Source: a candidate division WWE3 bacterium RIFCSPHIGHO2_01_FULL_40_23 (lineage in GTDB: Bacteria; Patescibacteriota; WWE3; UBA101185; 2-01-FULL-41-18). Taken from it: a stretch of DNA of 64,000 nucleotides. The notes below the pieces were generated by a model. That model saw only the letters and a program-made list of their open reading frames with translations, ran no database searches and was not told the origin of the DNA. The position numbers and the translations under genes were made by a program. Below, in pieces: positions 10,143-20,230 of this stretch (position 1 is the first letter of the stretch; every line of letters starts with the position of its first letter). The DNA lies in the NCBI GenBank assembly GCA_001772615.1, contig MEUZ01000004.1, positions 8,455 to 72,454 of the forward strand, written 5' to 3'.

Positions 10143-10757
10143 ATGCCTTTTGAATTACCCAAACTTCCTTATTCTTATGATGCGCTTGAACCATATATAG
10201 ACGCAAGAACGATGGAAATCCACCATTCAAAACATCATAATGCCTATGTTACAAATCTTAACAGTACGCTTAAAGACTATCCCGAACTTTCATCTAAAAG
10301 TCTTGATGCAATTCTTTCTAACCTAAATGACATTCCTGTGCCTATAAAAGCAGTAGTAACAAATAACGCGGGAGGCCACTTCAACCATTCATTGTTCTGG
10401 CCCCTTTTGAAGAAGAATGGGAAAAAGGAACCCGAAGGCAAGCTTAAAAGTGCTATTAAAGAGAAGTTTAATTCTCTGGAGAGCTTTAAGGAAGAGTTCA
10501 CAAAAGCCGCAATGGGAAGGTTTGGAAGCGGTTGGGCATGGTTAAGTTTTGATAAGCAGGTGGGCCTTGTGATTCATTCAACCGCTAACCAGGATACCCC
10601 ACTGGCCGATAACCTTAAGCCTTTGCTCGGACTTGACGTCTGGGAGCACGCATACTATCTGCTTTATCAAAACAGAAGAGCGGATTACATTAGCGCCTGG
10701 TGGAACGTGGTCAATTGGCAGGAAATAGAAGAAAGCTATCAAAAAGCAGTTGATTAA
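10143..10757 (+). CDS. sodA: Superoxide dismutase (Mn-type signature)
   Basis: [26 protein letters not shown]. Confidence 0.95.
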   Translation: MPFELPKLPYSYDALEPYIDARTMEIHHSKHHNAYVTNLNSTLKDYPELSSKSLDAILSNLNDIPVPIKAVVTNNAGGHFNHSLFWPLLKKNGKKEPEGKLKSAIKEKFNSLESFKEEFTKAAMGRFGSGWAWLSFDKQVGLVIHSTANQDTPLADNLKPLLGLDVWEHAYYLLYQNRRADYISAWWNVVNWQEIEESYQKAVD

Positions 10758-11838
10758 ATTCATCAGAGCTAACGGAAAACTAATATCAACCCCCGCCTTC
10801 TTCCCCGATGCCACCAGAGCAGTAATCAAATCTCTTACTCCTCATGACTTAGCTGACGCAGGTGTTGAGGGTATTGTAATTAATACATACCATTTATTAT
10901 TCACTCCAGGTTCCAAGATAATTAAAAAAGCAGGCGGTGCTCATAAATTTATGAATTTCAAAGGTCACATAATTTCCGATTCCGGTGGCTTTCAAATGCT
11001 TTCTTTAATCCATAAGAGTAAAAAATTCGGGAAAATAACCGATAAAGGCATTAAACTTACATATCCAGGCTTTAAAGAAGTGTTGTTTACACCCGAAAAA
11101 TGCATAGATGCGCAGTTTGACCTTGGTTCTGACATAATGATATGCCTTGATGACTGCCCTGGCATAGACGCTTCAAAAAAAGAAATAGACGAATCTGTTG
11201 AAAGAACAGTTAAATGGGCAGAAAGGTGTAAGAAGAGGTTTCAAGAAAACCTTAATAAGAATGGAAACTCAACCAACAGACCTTTACTTTTTGCTGTCGT
11301 GCAGGGAGGAAGCTATACAGCCCTTAGAGTAAACTGCGCAAAGGCGCTTGTAAAACTCTCCTTTGACGGTTACGCTTTCGGGGGTTGGCCCATGACACGT
11401 AAAAATGAGCTTGATATCAAATTTCTTAAACTTGTTTCAGACAATACACCAAAGAATTCTGCAAAATATGCGTTAGGAGTGGGAAAACCTGAAGAGATTG
11501 CAAAATGCGTTAAAATGGGCTACTCCATCTTTGACTGTGTTCTTCCAACAAGAGACGCTAGGCATAAAAGACTTTATGTTTTTAATAAGAATCCCTCAAA
11601 AACAAAAGATCTCACAAAAAGAAGCTTTTATGGTTATCTGGACTTAGGAAAAACGATGTATTCCAATAACAAAGGCCCGATTGATAAATATTGTTCATGC
11701 TATGCATGCAAACATTACACAAGAAGTTATATTCATCACCTCTTCAAAATAAAAGACAGCCTTGCGCACAGACTCTGCACAATTCATAACGTTTATATGT
11801 ACACAACAGTCATCAAAAGAATAAGAGAACTTGGGTAA
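10750..11838 (+). CDS. tgt: tRNA-guanine transglycosylase
   Basis: [27 protein letters not shown], zinc site CSCYAC...HN. Confidence 0.9.
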   Translation: MIKFIRANGKLISTPAFFPDATRAVIKSLTPHDLADAGVEGIVINTYHLLFTPGSKIIKKAGGAHKFMNFKGHIISDSGGFQMLSLIHKSKKFGKITDKGIKLTYPGFKEVLFTPEKCIDAQFDLGSDIMICLDDCPGIDASKKEIDESVERTVKWAERCKKRFQENLNKNGNSTNRPLLFAVVQGGSYTALRVNCAKALVKLSFDGYAFGGWPMTRKNELDIKFLKLVSDNTPKNSAKYALGVGKPEEIAKCVKMGYSIFDCVLPTRDARHKRLYVFNKNPSKTKDLTKRSFYGYLDLGKTMYSNNKGPIDKYCSCYACKHYTRSYIHHLFKIKDSLAHRLCTIHNVYMYTTVIKRIRELG

Positions 11839-11855
11839 TATGATATTATTCCAGC

Positions 11856-12332
11856 ATGCGAATATTAGGCGTAGATCCTGGAACCGCCACTACAGGAATA
11901 GGAATAATTGAGGGTGAGAGAAATTCCGGCTTTAAAAGCATCAGTTACACCTGCATAAAAACAGACTCAAAGCTCCCCATCGAAGAAAGATTAAAACTAA
12001 TATATGACAGCCTAGATGCAATAATAAAGGAATCTAAACCGGATCTAATCTCTGTAGAAGAGCTTTTTTTCAACTCAAACCCAAAAACTGCTATGTCGGT
12101 TGGCAGAGCCTGTGGAGCTATAATACTTTGCGCCTCGCATAATAATCTTAAAGTTGTAGAGCACACACCACTTGAAGTAAAATCCGCAGTTGTAGGTTTT
12201 GGCCACGCCGAAAAAATACAAGTTCAAAAAATGATAACTAAGCTTTTAAAACTGAGTGAGATGCCAAAGCCAGATGATGCTGCCGATGCCCTTGCTATAG
12301 CGTATTGCGCGGGAGTTTCTTTAACAAGATAA
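11856..12332 (+). CDS. ruvC: Holliday junction resolvase
   Basis: ILGVDPG, VEELFF, DDAADALA. Confidence 0.95.
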   Translation: MRILGVDPGTATTGIGIIEGERNSGFKSISYTCIKTDSKLPIEERLKLIYDSLDAIIKESKPDLISVEELFFNSNPKTAMSVGRACGAIILCASHNNLKVVEHTPLEVKSAVVGFGHAEKIQVQKMITKLLKLSEMPKPDDAADALAIAYCAGVSLTR

Positions 12333-12914
12333 ATGATCGGTTATTTAAAAGGGAAAACAGTAAAACTTGATGATACAAGCGTAATAGTTGATGTAAACGG
12401 CGTGGGTTATAAAGTATTTCTCTTAAGTAACACAATTTCCACTCTCACAAATAACAGCATAAATGAATTTTATGTCCACACACATGTTAAGGAGGATCAA
12501 CTCTCTCTTTTCGCATTTCTTAAGCATGATGAACTTAAAATTTTTCAACTTCTTCTTGAGGTTTCAGGCGTCGGCCCTAAAACCGCCCTTACGATATTAT
12601 CAAGTTTAAAATATGAAGAACTCATCTCCGCAATACAAAAAGCCAAAGTTGGAGAGTTCACAAAAATCAGCGGAATAGGAAAAAAACTTGCCCAAAAAAT
12701 AATTCTTGAGCTCCAAAACAAAACCGGTAAAGTATCCGACTTGGACTTATCCATAGGCTCCTCCGATAACGAATTAATTGAAACTCTGTTAAATCTGGGG
12801 TTTACAAAGAAAGAGGCGTCAAACATGACTTTAGGTATAGATAAAGATCTGCCTCTGGAACAAAAAGTTAAAATTAGTTTAAAAAAAGTCAATGAAAAAA
12901 AGCGAAACTACTGA
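12333..12914 (+). CDS. ruvA: Holliday junction branch migration protein RuvA
   Basis: MIGYLKG, VNGVGY, HhH motifs GVGPKTAL and GIGKKLA. Confidence 0.95.
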   Translation: MIGYLKGKTVKLDDTSVIVDVNGVGYKVFLLSNTISTLTNNSINEFYVHTHVKEDQLSLFAFLKHDELKIFQLLLEVSGVGPKTALTILSSLKYEELISAIQKAKVGEFTKISGIGKKLAQKIILELQNKTGKVSDLDLSIGSSDNELIETLLNLGFTKKEASNMTLGIDKDLPLEQKVKISLKKVNEKKRNY

Positions 12915-13869
12915 AAATCTTGAAGACAAAGAGCTGGATACAACCCTTAGACCAAAAAAACTGGAGGAATTCATAGGTCAAAGAGAGGTTGTGTCAAACC
13001 TGTCAGTTTTTATTAAGGCCGCCAAAAAAAGAGGCGAACCCATTGATCATATCTTGTTTTATGGTCCTCCTGGAATAGGTAAAACTACCCTGGCTCTAAT
13101 AATAGGCAATGAATTTAATGCGAGCGTGAAAATAACTTCCGGACCAGCAATCGAAAGAACGGGAGATCTTGCTTCTATACTTACTAATCTTGAAGATGGG
13201 GATATTTTATTTATTGATGAGATTCACAGACTAAACAAAACCATTGAAGAAATCATCTACCCTGCTATGGAAGACTTCGCTTTGGATATTATTTTAGGAA
13301 AGGGGCCGTCGGCAAGAACGGTGAGGATAGATCTTCCTAAATTTACATTAATTGGCGCCACAACTAAAGTCGGAAGTTTATCAAACCCCTTAAGAGATAG
13401 GTTTGGAACGATTTTAAAACTTAACTTCTACAACCAAGATGATCTAAAAAAGATTGTGAGCAGATCGGCTGAAATTCTTGGTTTAAGTATTGATGGCATA
13501 ACTTCCGAGATTGTAGCCAAAAGAGCAAGGGGAACTCCAAGAATAGCAAACAGGCTTCTTAAAAGAGTCAGGGATTACAGCGAGGTTCAAAATAAAGAAA
13601 TTACAGAACCGTTTATACTTAAAACCATGGAAAAACTTGGTATAAATGATATGGGTCTTGACCTTGAAGATGTGAAGTACTTAAAACTTATTGCAGATAA
13701 ATTCAATGGGGGGCCAGTTGGCCTAACTACCCTCTCCGCCGCATTATCGGAAGACACGGAAACAATAGAGGACTATATAGAGCCTTACCTACTTCAACAA
13801 GGGCTTATTACAAAAACAACTAAGGGAAGATATGTCAACCTTGAACGACTTCCTCATGCTTTGATTTAA
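12892..13869 (+). CDS. ruvB: Holliday junction branch migration helicase RuvB
   Basis: LRPKKLEEFIGQ, GPPGIGKT, FIDEIHR, RGTPRIANRLL. Confidence 0.97.
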   Translation: MKKSETTENLEDKELDTTLRPKKLEEFIGQREVVSNLSVFIKAAKKRGEPIDHILFYGPPGIGKTTLALIIGNEFNASVKITSGPAIERTGDLASILTNLEDGDILFIDEIHRLNKTIEEIIYPAMEDFALDIILGKGPSARTVRIDLPKFTLIGATTKVGSLSNPLRDRFGTILKLNFYNQDDLKKIVSRSAEILGLSIDGITSEIVAKRARGTPRIANRLLKRVRDYSEVQNKEITEPFILKTMEKLGINDMGLDLEDVKYLKLIADKFNGGPVGLTTLSAALSEDTETIEDYIEPYLLQQGLITKTTKGRYVNLERLPHALI

Positions 13870-15445
13870 GAAAATCAATAAGGTCTTCAAAAGACTGGAT
13901 AATTAATCTAAAGGGAGCTTCTAAAATAAAATCAAAGATGAGCGTAAAGAAATTAAATCTGGCCACACCCATTGAAAGGCTTTGTCCGACCTTTAAAATA
14001 GGAAGAGCAATAATATTTAAAACAGCTTGCCCCAGATTATCTTTTTTTGGAATTATTTCAAGATCCTGGCATCTTGCTCTGATATTCCAGGCAAAATAAC
14101 TAAGAATGGAGACAAAAAATATAAAGATTACAATACTGGTAAAGTTAAAACCAAGATTTGAAAGAATTAAAAATATCACACCATAAACAAGTAAATAAAG
14201 AACAGCGTAAATTAGTCCCATCCAGGGCTTTTCCGCGCCAGGAACTAAAATCTTCTTCCTGAAAGATTTTTCTTCTTGATCACTTAAAAACATCCTGTCT
14301 TCGTAAACTATTGATTTTAAAACCTGATGAATTCTATCGTTATTTTCTCTTCCCGGTATTGTTATCCTTTTTGCAATAAGGTAAAAAAGAACAACGGGAA
14401 AGGCTGTATTAATAGTGAGTGTAAAGTAATTAATACGTTTCATAAAAATAAGATCAACAGGAGCTTCAATTAAAATGGCAAGAAGCATTTTAGTGATGAA
14501 CAAGTATCCTAAAGTTCTTGTTATTCTTAAAGTTAATTTTCTTTTAAGCTCACTGTAGTATTTTTTAATGTAATCTTCGGATTTGTCTCTTAAAAAATTA
14601 GGGTTAGTTAAAATCAACTCAAGCCTATCTGGATTTTCCTCCAACACACCCTCAAGTACCTTAATCGGAGCTGACACCTTTCGAATCTGCATATACAAAG
14701 ATTCCTGAACTTTGCTTTTTAATATACTGTCAACATAAGCCTTAGTTGAAGGAAGAGCGGTTACAACAGACTTGATTATTTCATGGCCTGGGTCCTGAAA
14801 AAAAGACGGGTAGAGAAATGTCATAGCGTGGTATCTTAATATTGAGTAATCTGATTTTACTAAAGCTTTATGAGACGCAATAAAAACATGCAAACTTTCC
14901 TGTTCGGAGGAAAGGTCAAGTTTGGAGTCTCTTAATACGTTTAGTATATATTGTGAAAGAAGCTTAACAAAAATTTCAGGCTTATATAAAGGATCCAAAA
15001 TCTTTTCTATTTCCGACGCGGCAACGCCAAGAAGCCAGTCCCAAGTTTTGGAGAGTTCGGGAATCCTTAATTCGTTTAAGACTTGCTTTGAATAGGCGTA
15101 CTTCTCAAGGACCTTTGATATCTCCTCAACTTTGGAATCCGAGATTTTTGTATCGTCTTCGTACGCTCCTCTAATTAAATCTCTTATTAATAAATCAGCT
15201 ACTTCATCAGGATTTGATCTTGAAGTTAAAGAAAATCTTAAAAATCTCTGGATAGCAAATCTTCTGATTAAATGCTCGTCTTTAAAATCAATTGTATTTC
15301 TTATTCTTTCATAGATAGCCGAAAGAAAAGATGTAGCTTCACTGACCTCAAATTTTCTTGTTTTAACAGCCCTGATGCTTTCTTCGTAGGCTCTTCCAAG
15401 CTCGTCTATTAAAACTTTAGCATTCTGATTCCTAATTTCTTCCAT
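13835..15445 (-). CDS. Hypothetical protein: large helical N-terminal region plus C-terminal TM helices
   Basis: 536-aa ORF; TATAAT 6 nt upstream of ATG; no motif recognised. Confidence 0.75.
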   Translation of the reverse strand: MEEIRNQNAKVLIDELGRAYEESIRAVKTRKFEVSEATSFLSAIYERIRNTIDFKDEHLIRRFAIQRFLRFSLTSRSNPDEVADLLIRDLIRGAYEDDTKISDSKVEEISKVLEKYAYSKQVLNELRIPELSKTWDWLLGVAASEIEKILDPLYKPEIFVKLLSQYILNVLRDSKLDLSSEQESLHVFIASHKALVKSDYSILRYHAMTFLYPSFFQDPGHEIIKSVVTALPSTKAYVDSILKSKVQESLYMQIRKVSAPIKVLEGVLEENPDRLELILTNPNFLRDKSEDYIKKYYSELKRKLTLRITRTLGYLFITKMLLAILIEAPVDLIFMKRINYFTLTINTAFPVVLFYLIAKRITIPGRENNDRIHQVLKSIVYEDRMFLSDQEEKSFRKKILVPGAEKPWMGLIYAVLYLLVYGVIFLILSNLGFNFTSIVIFIFFVSILSYFAWNIRARCQDLEIIPKKDNLGQAVLNIIALPILKVGQSLSMGVARFNFFTLIFDFILEAPFRLIIQSFEDLIDFLKSKHEEVVQG

Positions 15446-15582
15446 ACATCAATTATATTAAAATTTGGTCTTTTTTGCATGCGCCCTTAGCCCTTTTGCC
15501 TTCCTTTATATCGGAGAGCTACAAGGGCTAAAAAGCATTTATTTTTGATTAAAAACCATCAAGATAAAACAGATTCCCAAAC

Positions 15583-15792
15583 TTATGCCATTGGGCTATC
15601 AAGAGAATCAAATGTTTCCTTATTAACAAATTTAGTTAGATTCACCATATCCCCATCAACTTTAGTTGAAGCAACTACTGCGTACCTTGTCATTTTATTT
15701 CCACCTTTTCCAGTTACATCAAAAATTTTTTTCTTAAGATCGGATGTTGGAACTTCTACTTTTTTTCTATGTTTGACTGAATAAAACTCCAC
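15583..15792 (-). CDS. Small basic beta-rich protein, DUF5679/CC1-like (possible DNA-binding)
   Basis: Strong SD AAGGAGGTG before GTG; MEFYSVKHRKKVEV...TRYAVVA...LTKFV. Confidence 0.6.
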   Translation of the reverse strand: MEFYSVKHRKKVEVPTSDLKKKIFDVTGKGGNKMTRYAVVASTKVDGDMVNLTKFVNKETFDSLDSPMA

Positions 15793-15921
15793 TAAAAATC
15801 ACCTCCTTAAAAATTACGTAACTAATATTGTTCTATTTACGGCTCATTGTCAAGGAAAAACAAGAAATTCATTAAAAACTTATTGAATATATTAAAAGTT
15901 GCTTTAGAATACAATCTTGAT

Positions 15922-16980
15922 ATGGACCAGTCTTTATCCGAAAACTTAGATTCCGAATTTGGTGAAACACCAAAATTTATCGGTGTCTTATACTCTGATG
16001 TAAAAAGAGAATACTTTCCCTCCGAGGAACAATATATTTCAGAAGTTGGTGTAATAGAAGAAGCAAGGGTGGTTTCCGAGTACCTTGAAAAAATGGGTAT
16101 AAAAAGCAAAATTTATCCTGGCAACAGTGAACTTTCTAAAATGCTTATAGAGGATAAACCGGATATTGTTTTTAATCTTGTTCAATCCGTAAAAGGTCAT
16201 GAAGAGATGTCCCCAACAATTTCAGCTCTTTGTGAGCTTTTGGAAATTTCTTATACAGGGACAGGAACTTTCGGGCTTTCAATCACTTACAATAAATATT
16301 TCACTAAAAAACTTCTGGAGCTTATTGGGCTTCCGGTTCCCAGGTATCAGCTTTTCAACACACCTAATGATCCCATAGATGGTCAGTTAAAGTTTCCATT
16401 AATATCAAAGCTAAACGAAATACACGGAAGCGTAGGTATTGATGAAACATCAGTAAGCGAGGATGAAAAAACTCTTAGACAAAAATTAAGAGAGTTAATG
16501 TCAATTTACAAACAACCTGTGATAGTTGAAGAGTTTATTGTCGGGAGAGAAATTACATGCATACTTCTTGAGGGGACAAACAAAAAGGTTTACTCCGGTG
16601 AAAAATTACTTCCTGATGTTCCGGGAACCAAATACAAATTCGCCAGTTTTTTTTATCAATGGCTTGATGAAAAACCGGGGCAATATATAAAACATGATGG
16701 AGGAGACCTTCTAAGAGATTATATCAAATCGGCTTTTGATATCTTGAAAATGGATGACTATGCCAAATTTGATTTAAGACTTGATGAGTCGGGAAGATAC
16801 TATTTCATTGACTGTAATGCTAATCCCGCATTTGGCCCAAAGGAATTGGATATAGCAATTGGAACAATTCTTGACTTATATGGAATCACATTTGAAGAAG
16901 TATTAAAAAGAATTATTACAAACACACTTAAGGATGAATCTTTTAAAGTTCCCTCCATTGTCCCTTCCAATGGAAATTAA
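15922..16980 (+). CDS. D-alanine--D-alanine ligase-like ATP-grasp enzyme
   Basis: PDIVFNL, YTGTG, NKYFTK, HGSVGI, VEEFIVGREIT, IDCNANP. ATG 15922 lies 6 nt after TACAAT. Confidence 0.8.
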   Translation: MDQSLSENLDSEFGETPKFIGVLYSDVKREYFPSEEQYISEVGVIEEARVVSEYLEKMGIKSKIYPGNSELSKMLIEDKPDIVFNLVQSVKGHEEMSPTISALCELLEISYTGTGTFGLSITYNKYFTKKLLELIGLPVPRYQLFNTPNDPIDGQLKFPLISKLNEIHGSVGIDETSVSEDEKTLRQKLRELMSIYKQPVIVEEFIVGREITCILLEGTNKKVYSGEKLLPDVPGTKYKFASFFYQWLDEKPGQYIKHDGGDLLRDYIKSAFDILKMDDYAKFDLRLDESGRYYFIDCNANPAFGPKELDIAIGTILDLYGITFEEVLKRIITNTLKDESFKVPSIVPSNGN

Positions 16981-17006
16981 TTCCGGAATGTGGTATTAAT
17001 TTCATA

Positions 17007-17195
17007 ATGCCTAGGACCAAAACACAAAACAAGCAGGTTAGCGGGGAGAAACTGGATGTAAAAGAAACTTCGGAAAATAAGGATACTATTATCAAAGTTC
17101 CAAGGAAAAGAAGAAACAAGGATACAGATTACCTTTCGGATGTTGAACTTGAGGAATATGAATCAAGAACACCCGATGACGCCTTTGACAGCTAA
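17007..17195 (+). CDS. Small hypothetical protein (basic middle, acidic tail)
   Basis: 62-aa ORF filling the gap in a co-oriented run of genes. Confidence 0.55.
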   Translation: MPRTKTQNKQVSGEKLDVKETSENKDTIIKVPRKRRNKDTDYLSDVELEEYESRTPDDAFDS

Positions 17196-17197
17196 AA

Positions 17198-17647
17198 ATG
17201 CCTAACCTTCTTCATGTCGTAAGATCAATGAGAATATTCACCGGCGAAATTCACCCCACGTCACTTTATATTTATGATGATTACATGGTTTATGTAAAAA
17301 GAGGAATCATTAGAAGAAATGAAGCCACGATTTCATATAATCATGTGTCACAGGTTTATTTAAGGAGGGGATACCTGGCTTCAAGTTTGGAAGTTATAAA
17401 TACTGGAGGCGTTGAGAATATTCTTGTTAAATGGTTACCCATAGAGCAGGCCGCAAGAGCTAAAAAACTGATTGACCAGAAGATTTTCCACACGCATGCA
17501 AGAATAACCGGTAAACATCAGGACATGGGAAGAGAAGTTCCTGATTTTGAAAGAAAGCTTGCAAGGCTTAAAGAGCTTAAGCTTAAAGGCACTATTTCAA
17601 GGGGGGAGTTTGAAAAAAGAAGAAGGGAAATGCTAAAATCCGTATAA
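17198..17647 (+). CDS. Bacterial PH-like domain protein with C-terminal SHOCT domain
   Basis: ISYNHVSQVYLRRG; C-terminal LARLKELKLKGTISRGEFEKRRREML. Confidence 0.7.
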   Translation: MPNLLHVVRSMRIFTGEIHPTSLYIYDDYMVYVKRGIIRRNEATISYNHVSQVYLRRGYLASSLEVINTGGVENILVKWLPIEQAARAKKLIDQKIFHTHARITGKHQDMGREVPDFERKLARLKELKLKGTISRGEFEKRRREMLKSV

Positions 17648-17662
17648 GAACTTAAGTGCCAG

Positions 17663-17737
17663 GCGGGAGTAATTCAGTGGTAGAATGTTTGCTTTCCAAG
17701 CAAAACGTCGCGGGTTCGAGTCCCGTCTCCCGCTCCA
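17663..17737 (+). tRNA. tRNA-Gly (anticodon TCC)
   Basis: GCGGGAG/CTCCCGC acceptor stem; TTTGC-TTTCCAA-GCAAA anticodon arm; TTCGA T-loop; encoded CCA. Confidence 0.97.
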
Positions 17738-17768
17738 AAGTGACTGGGATACATAGAAAGTTACAATA

Positions 17769-18269
17769 ATGACTAAAAAATTAGCGTTTATTTTTGTGAC
17801 AGTTTTTGCTTTATTCTTCATCTCTCTAACAATCTTTTTTTATAACGAATTAAACTTACCTAAATATTCTGATATTCCCATTATAACCAGTGACAATATC
17901 AGTATTAATAAAAAAGACTTAAATAAAATTCTTGAAAATATGAAAGAATCATCTGTTAATTACATTAATTGTAACGACACAAAAACTTATTACAGCAACC
18001 AACTTAAACTATCATTTATATGTCCTGAAGATTTTGTGATATACGAGTGCAAAAACCCTAATTATGAATCTCTTGATGAAAAAGGAGTATATAGCTAATA
18101 ACTTAGTGATCCATCAAGTAATAGAATACGAAGGCGCCAATGAACCACCTCATTCTGAATTTGTAACTTTTAAACATAATAATCAGTACTTTCAAATTGG
18201 GTTCTAGGCGTAGAACTGATAAATACATTCAACCAAGTTATTAAGACCTTAAAATTTGATGATGATTAA
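17769..18269 (+). pseudogene. Disrupted PsbP-like secreted protein gene
   Basis: 109-aa ORF with TM anchor and YYSNQLKLSFICP stops at 18098. Downstream fragments in other frames read VIEYEGANEPPHSEFVTFKHNNQYFQIGF* and VELINTFNQVIKTLKFDDD*, a typical family C-terminus. Confidence 0.6.
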
Positions 18270-18318
18270 TTGGTTCTGGTTGGGTAATTCCTGAAAGAAC
18301 TAAAAGAAAAGTTTGATG

Positions 18319-19671
18319 TTAGTTATCGGTTGATTGTGGAGCGTTGCTATTGTTTCCAGGTGTATTATTGTTATTTCCTCCACTCGCATTATCCGTGCCA
18401 TCGTTAGCACTTTGTTGATCTTTATTCTTATCCTTCTTTTCCTTTGTGGGTTCAGGTGTAGGAGTAGGAGTTGGAGTCCTAGTCGGTCTTGGTGTGGGAG
18501 TAGGCGTAGGGGTTCTTGTTGGCCTCGGGGTTGGTGTTTGAGTTGGCGTTGGATCGGGCTCGTCTCCATCCCCTGATCCAGAACCTCCCCCACTATTGCC
18601 CCCGCTATTTCCTCCTCCGCCACTGTTACCTCCACCGGTATTGCCACTACCCCCTTGGTTTCCTCCAGTGTTTCCACCGTCCGTATTGTCACCGCTACTA
18701 TTATCACCGCTGCTACCTCCACCAGCACTCGGATTTTCAGGTTTATCTTCCTTATCCTTATCTGGTTTCCCGCCACCTACCGAATTATCACTTGAATTTC
18801 CGTCCGAACCGCCGCCATTGGAATCATTATTGCCGTTTGAACCATTATCGGATCCGCTTAAAACGCTTGAACCCCCTTCATTTGTAATGGAATAAATAGA
18901 CTGTGTGGGATCAGGGTAACCAGAAGGTGTAGCGCTTTCGCTAGCTTCAAGAATCCTTGTATCCGAAGTCCCCATTATACTTCCATCAGCATCTTTTTGA
19001 GGGGATATGAAACCCGCCAGTACAACCCCTGCTCCCGCGGTAAAAAGAAGAGAGGCTAACTTAATTGCGGGTATCAACTTTTTACCTAACATAAGTGGAA
19101 ATAACACAAAGGCTTTCTTTCCGCTCATAACCGAAGCTCCCCTGACAAGCGCTTTCTCACCTTCTCTTACAACACGGTAAATCTTTACCGCCTCCGGAAC
19201 GCCGCGAAGAAGCTTTGTACCGGCTGGTACGGCCCCTATTTCAGTTTTGTTCATTGCGAGATAAACAGCTTCGGTAAAAGATATATCTCCAGGTTCAGTT
19301 AGCGGCACAAGTCTAGCGGCCACATTTACAGGCTCTCCAAAGACATCGCCATCCTTGACACGAACTTCCCCGCTGTTAGCTGCTATACGAAACTTAATAT
19401 TCTCTTCAGGGGATACTGTTGCATTGTGAGTGTTAACCTCCTCTTGAATCCTCTTAGCACACAAAACGGCATTTGTAGGGGATTCAAAAGTAAGCATATA
19501 GCCATCACCCAGATTCTTAACAATATTGCCGCTCTGCTCTTTAGCCGCTGTTGCAACAATAAGTTCTTGTACAGCAAGAAGGTTGTCAACTTGTGTACGG
19601 GATAAACCGGAAGTACGGCTTGTAAAGCCTTCCATGTCAGTAAAAAGGATAGTAAGGTTTCGGGTCTCCAT
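18319..19671 (-). CDS. Class III adenylate cyclase with a TM helix and long low-complexity G/S/N and PT-rich tail
   Basis: LFTDMEGFT, VKNLGDG, GDVFGEPVNVAARL; hydrophobic LLFTAGAGVVLAGFI. Confidence 0.9.
   Translation of the reverse strand: METRNLTILFTDMEGFTSRTSGLSRTQVDNLLAVQELIVATAAKEQSGNIVKNLGDGYMLTFESPTNAVLCAKRIQEEVNTHNATVSPEENIKFRIAANSGEVRVKDGDVFGEPVNVAARLVPLTEPGDISFTEAVYLAMNKTEIGAVPAGTKLLRGVPEAVKIYRVVREGEKALVRGASVMSGKKAFVLFPLMLGKKLIPAIKLASLLFTAGAGVVLAGFISPQKDADGSIMGTSDTRILEASESATPSGYPDPTQSIYSITNEGGSSVLSGSDNGSNGNNDSNGGGSDGNSSDNSVGGGKPDKDKEDKPENPSAGGGSSGDNSSGDNTDGGNTGGNQGGSGNTGGGNSGGGGNSGGNSGGGSGSGDGDEPDPTPTQTPTPRPTRTPTPTPTPRPTRTPTPTPTPEPTKEKKDKNKDQQSANDGTDNASGGNNNNTPGNNSNAPQSTDN
18446..18560 (-). 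repeat. Pro-Thr tandem repeat linker within the cyclase tail
   Basis: EPDPTPTQTPTPRPTRTPTPTPTPRPTRTPTPTPTPEPT; coordinates approximate. Confidence 0.8.
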
Positions 19672-19773
19672 GACTGCAATATACTACTATATTTTATCTC
19701 AATCAATAGCTCAATGTCTATACGTTTAAAGGGCTTTTAAGACGGTCAAATATTGAGTAAAATACACTTGCTT

Positions 19774-19849
19774 GCGACCGTAGCTCAATGGATAGAGCAA
19801 TTCCCTTCTAAGGAAGAGGTTGCGTGTTCGACTCACGCCGGTCGCACCA
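19774..19849 (+). tRNA. tRNA-Arg (anticodon TCT)
   Basis: GCGACCG/CGGTCGC acceptor stem; CTTCTAA loop; encoded CCA. Confidence 0.97.
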
Positions 19850-19896
19850 AGAGTTTTGTAATTACAGTGAGAAACCTATAGAAAAAAGTAACGTTT

Positions 19897-19982
19897 GCCC
19901 AGGTGGCGGAATAGGCATACGCTTCACACTTAAAATGTGATGCCGAACAGGCGTGTGGGTTCGAGTCCCACCCTGGGCACCA
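19897..19982 (+). tRNA. tRNA-Leu (anticodon TAA)
   Basis: GCCCAGG/CCTGGGC acceptor stem; TCACA-CTTAAAA-TGTGA; long variable arm; CCA. Confidence 0.97.
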
Positions 19983-20002
19983 AGATCAAATTACTGAAAA
20001 AC

Positions 20003-20221
20003 ATGGACGAATTTCTTTATAAAGTTCCATTAATAGGAAGCATTATAAAAAAACAGTACAGCTATTTCAGAAACCACATGGCCCTGACTGATCTATTTCA
20101 TTTACTGGCTGGGTTCGGACTAGCGCTTATTTTCTTTACCAGTAGGATGCTACTTGGGTTTGTTATCCTCGGTTTTAGTATTTTGTACCATTTGTATGCG
20201 ATACTTAAAGTCAGAGATTAG
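20003..20221 (+). CDS. Small two-TM membrane protein
   Basis: Start moved to ATG 20003 because the track start lies inside tRNA-Leu; His-containing TM helices. Confidence 0.65.
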   Translation: MDEFLYKVPLIGSIIKKQYSYFRNHMALTDLFHLLAGFGLALIFFTSRMLLGFVILGFSILYHLYAILKVRD

Positions 20222-20230
20222 CCGTAAACT

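Noticed and set aside
17633-17821. 62-aa minus-strand ORF containing WSGRRDSNPR
   Set aside because: This is the antisense translation of tRNA-Gly.
18300-18895. Overlapping ORFs, including a Pro/Leu-rich 99-aa ORF
   Set aside because: Shadow frames of the low-complexity Gly/Ser/PT tail of the cyclase gene.
19937-20002. N-terminal extension of the 94-aa ORF
   Set aside because: Overlaps tRNA-Leu(TAA); ATG 20003 is the plausible start.
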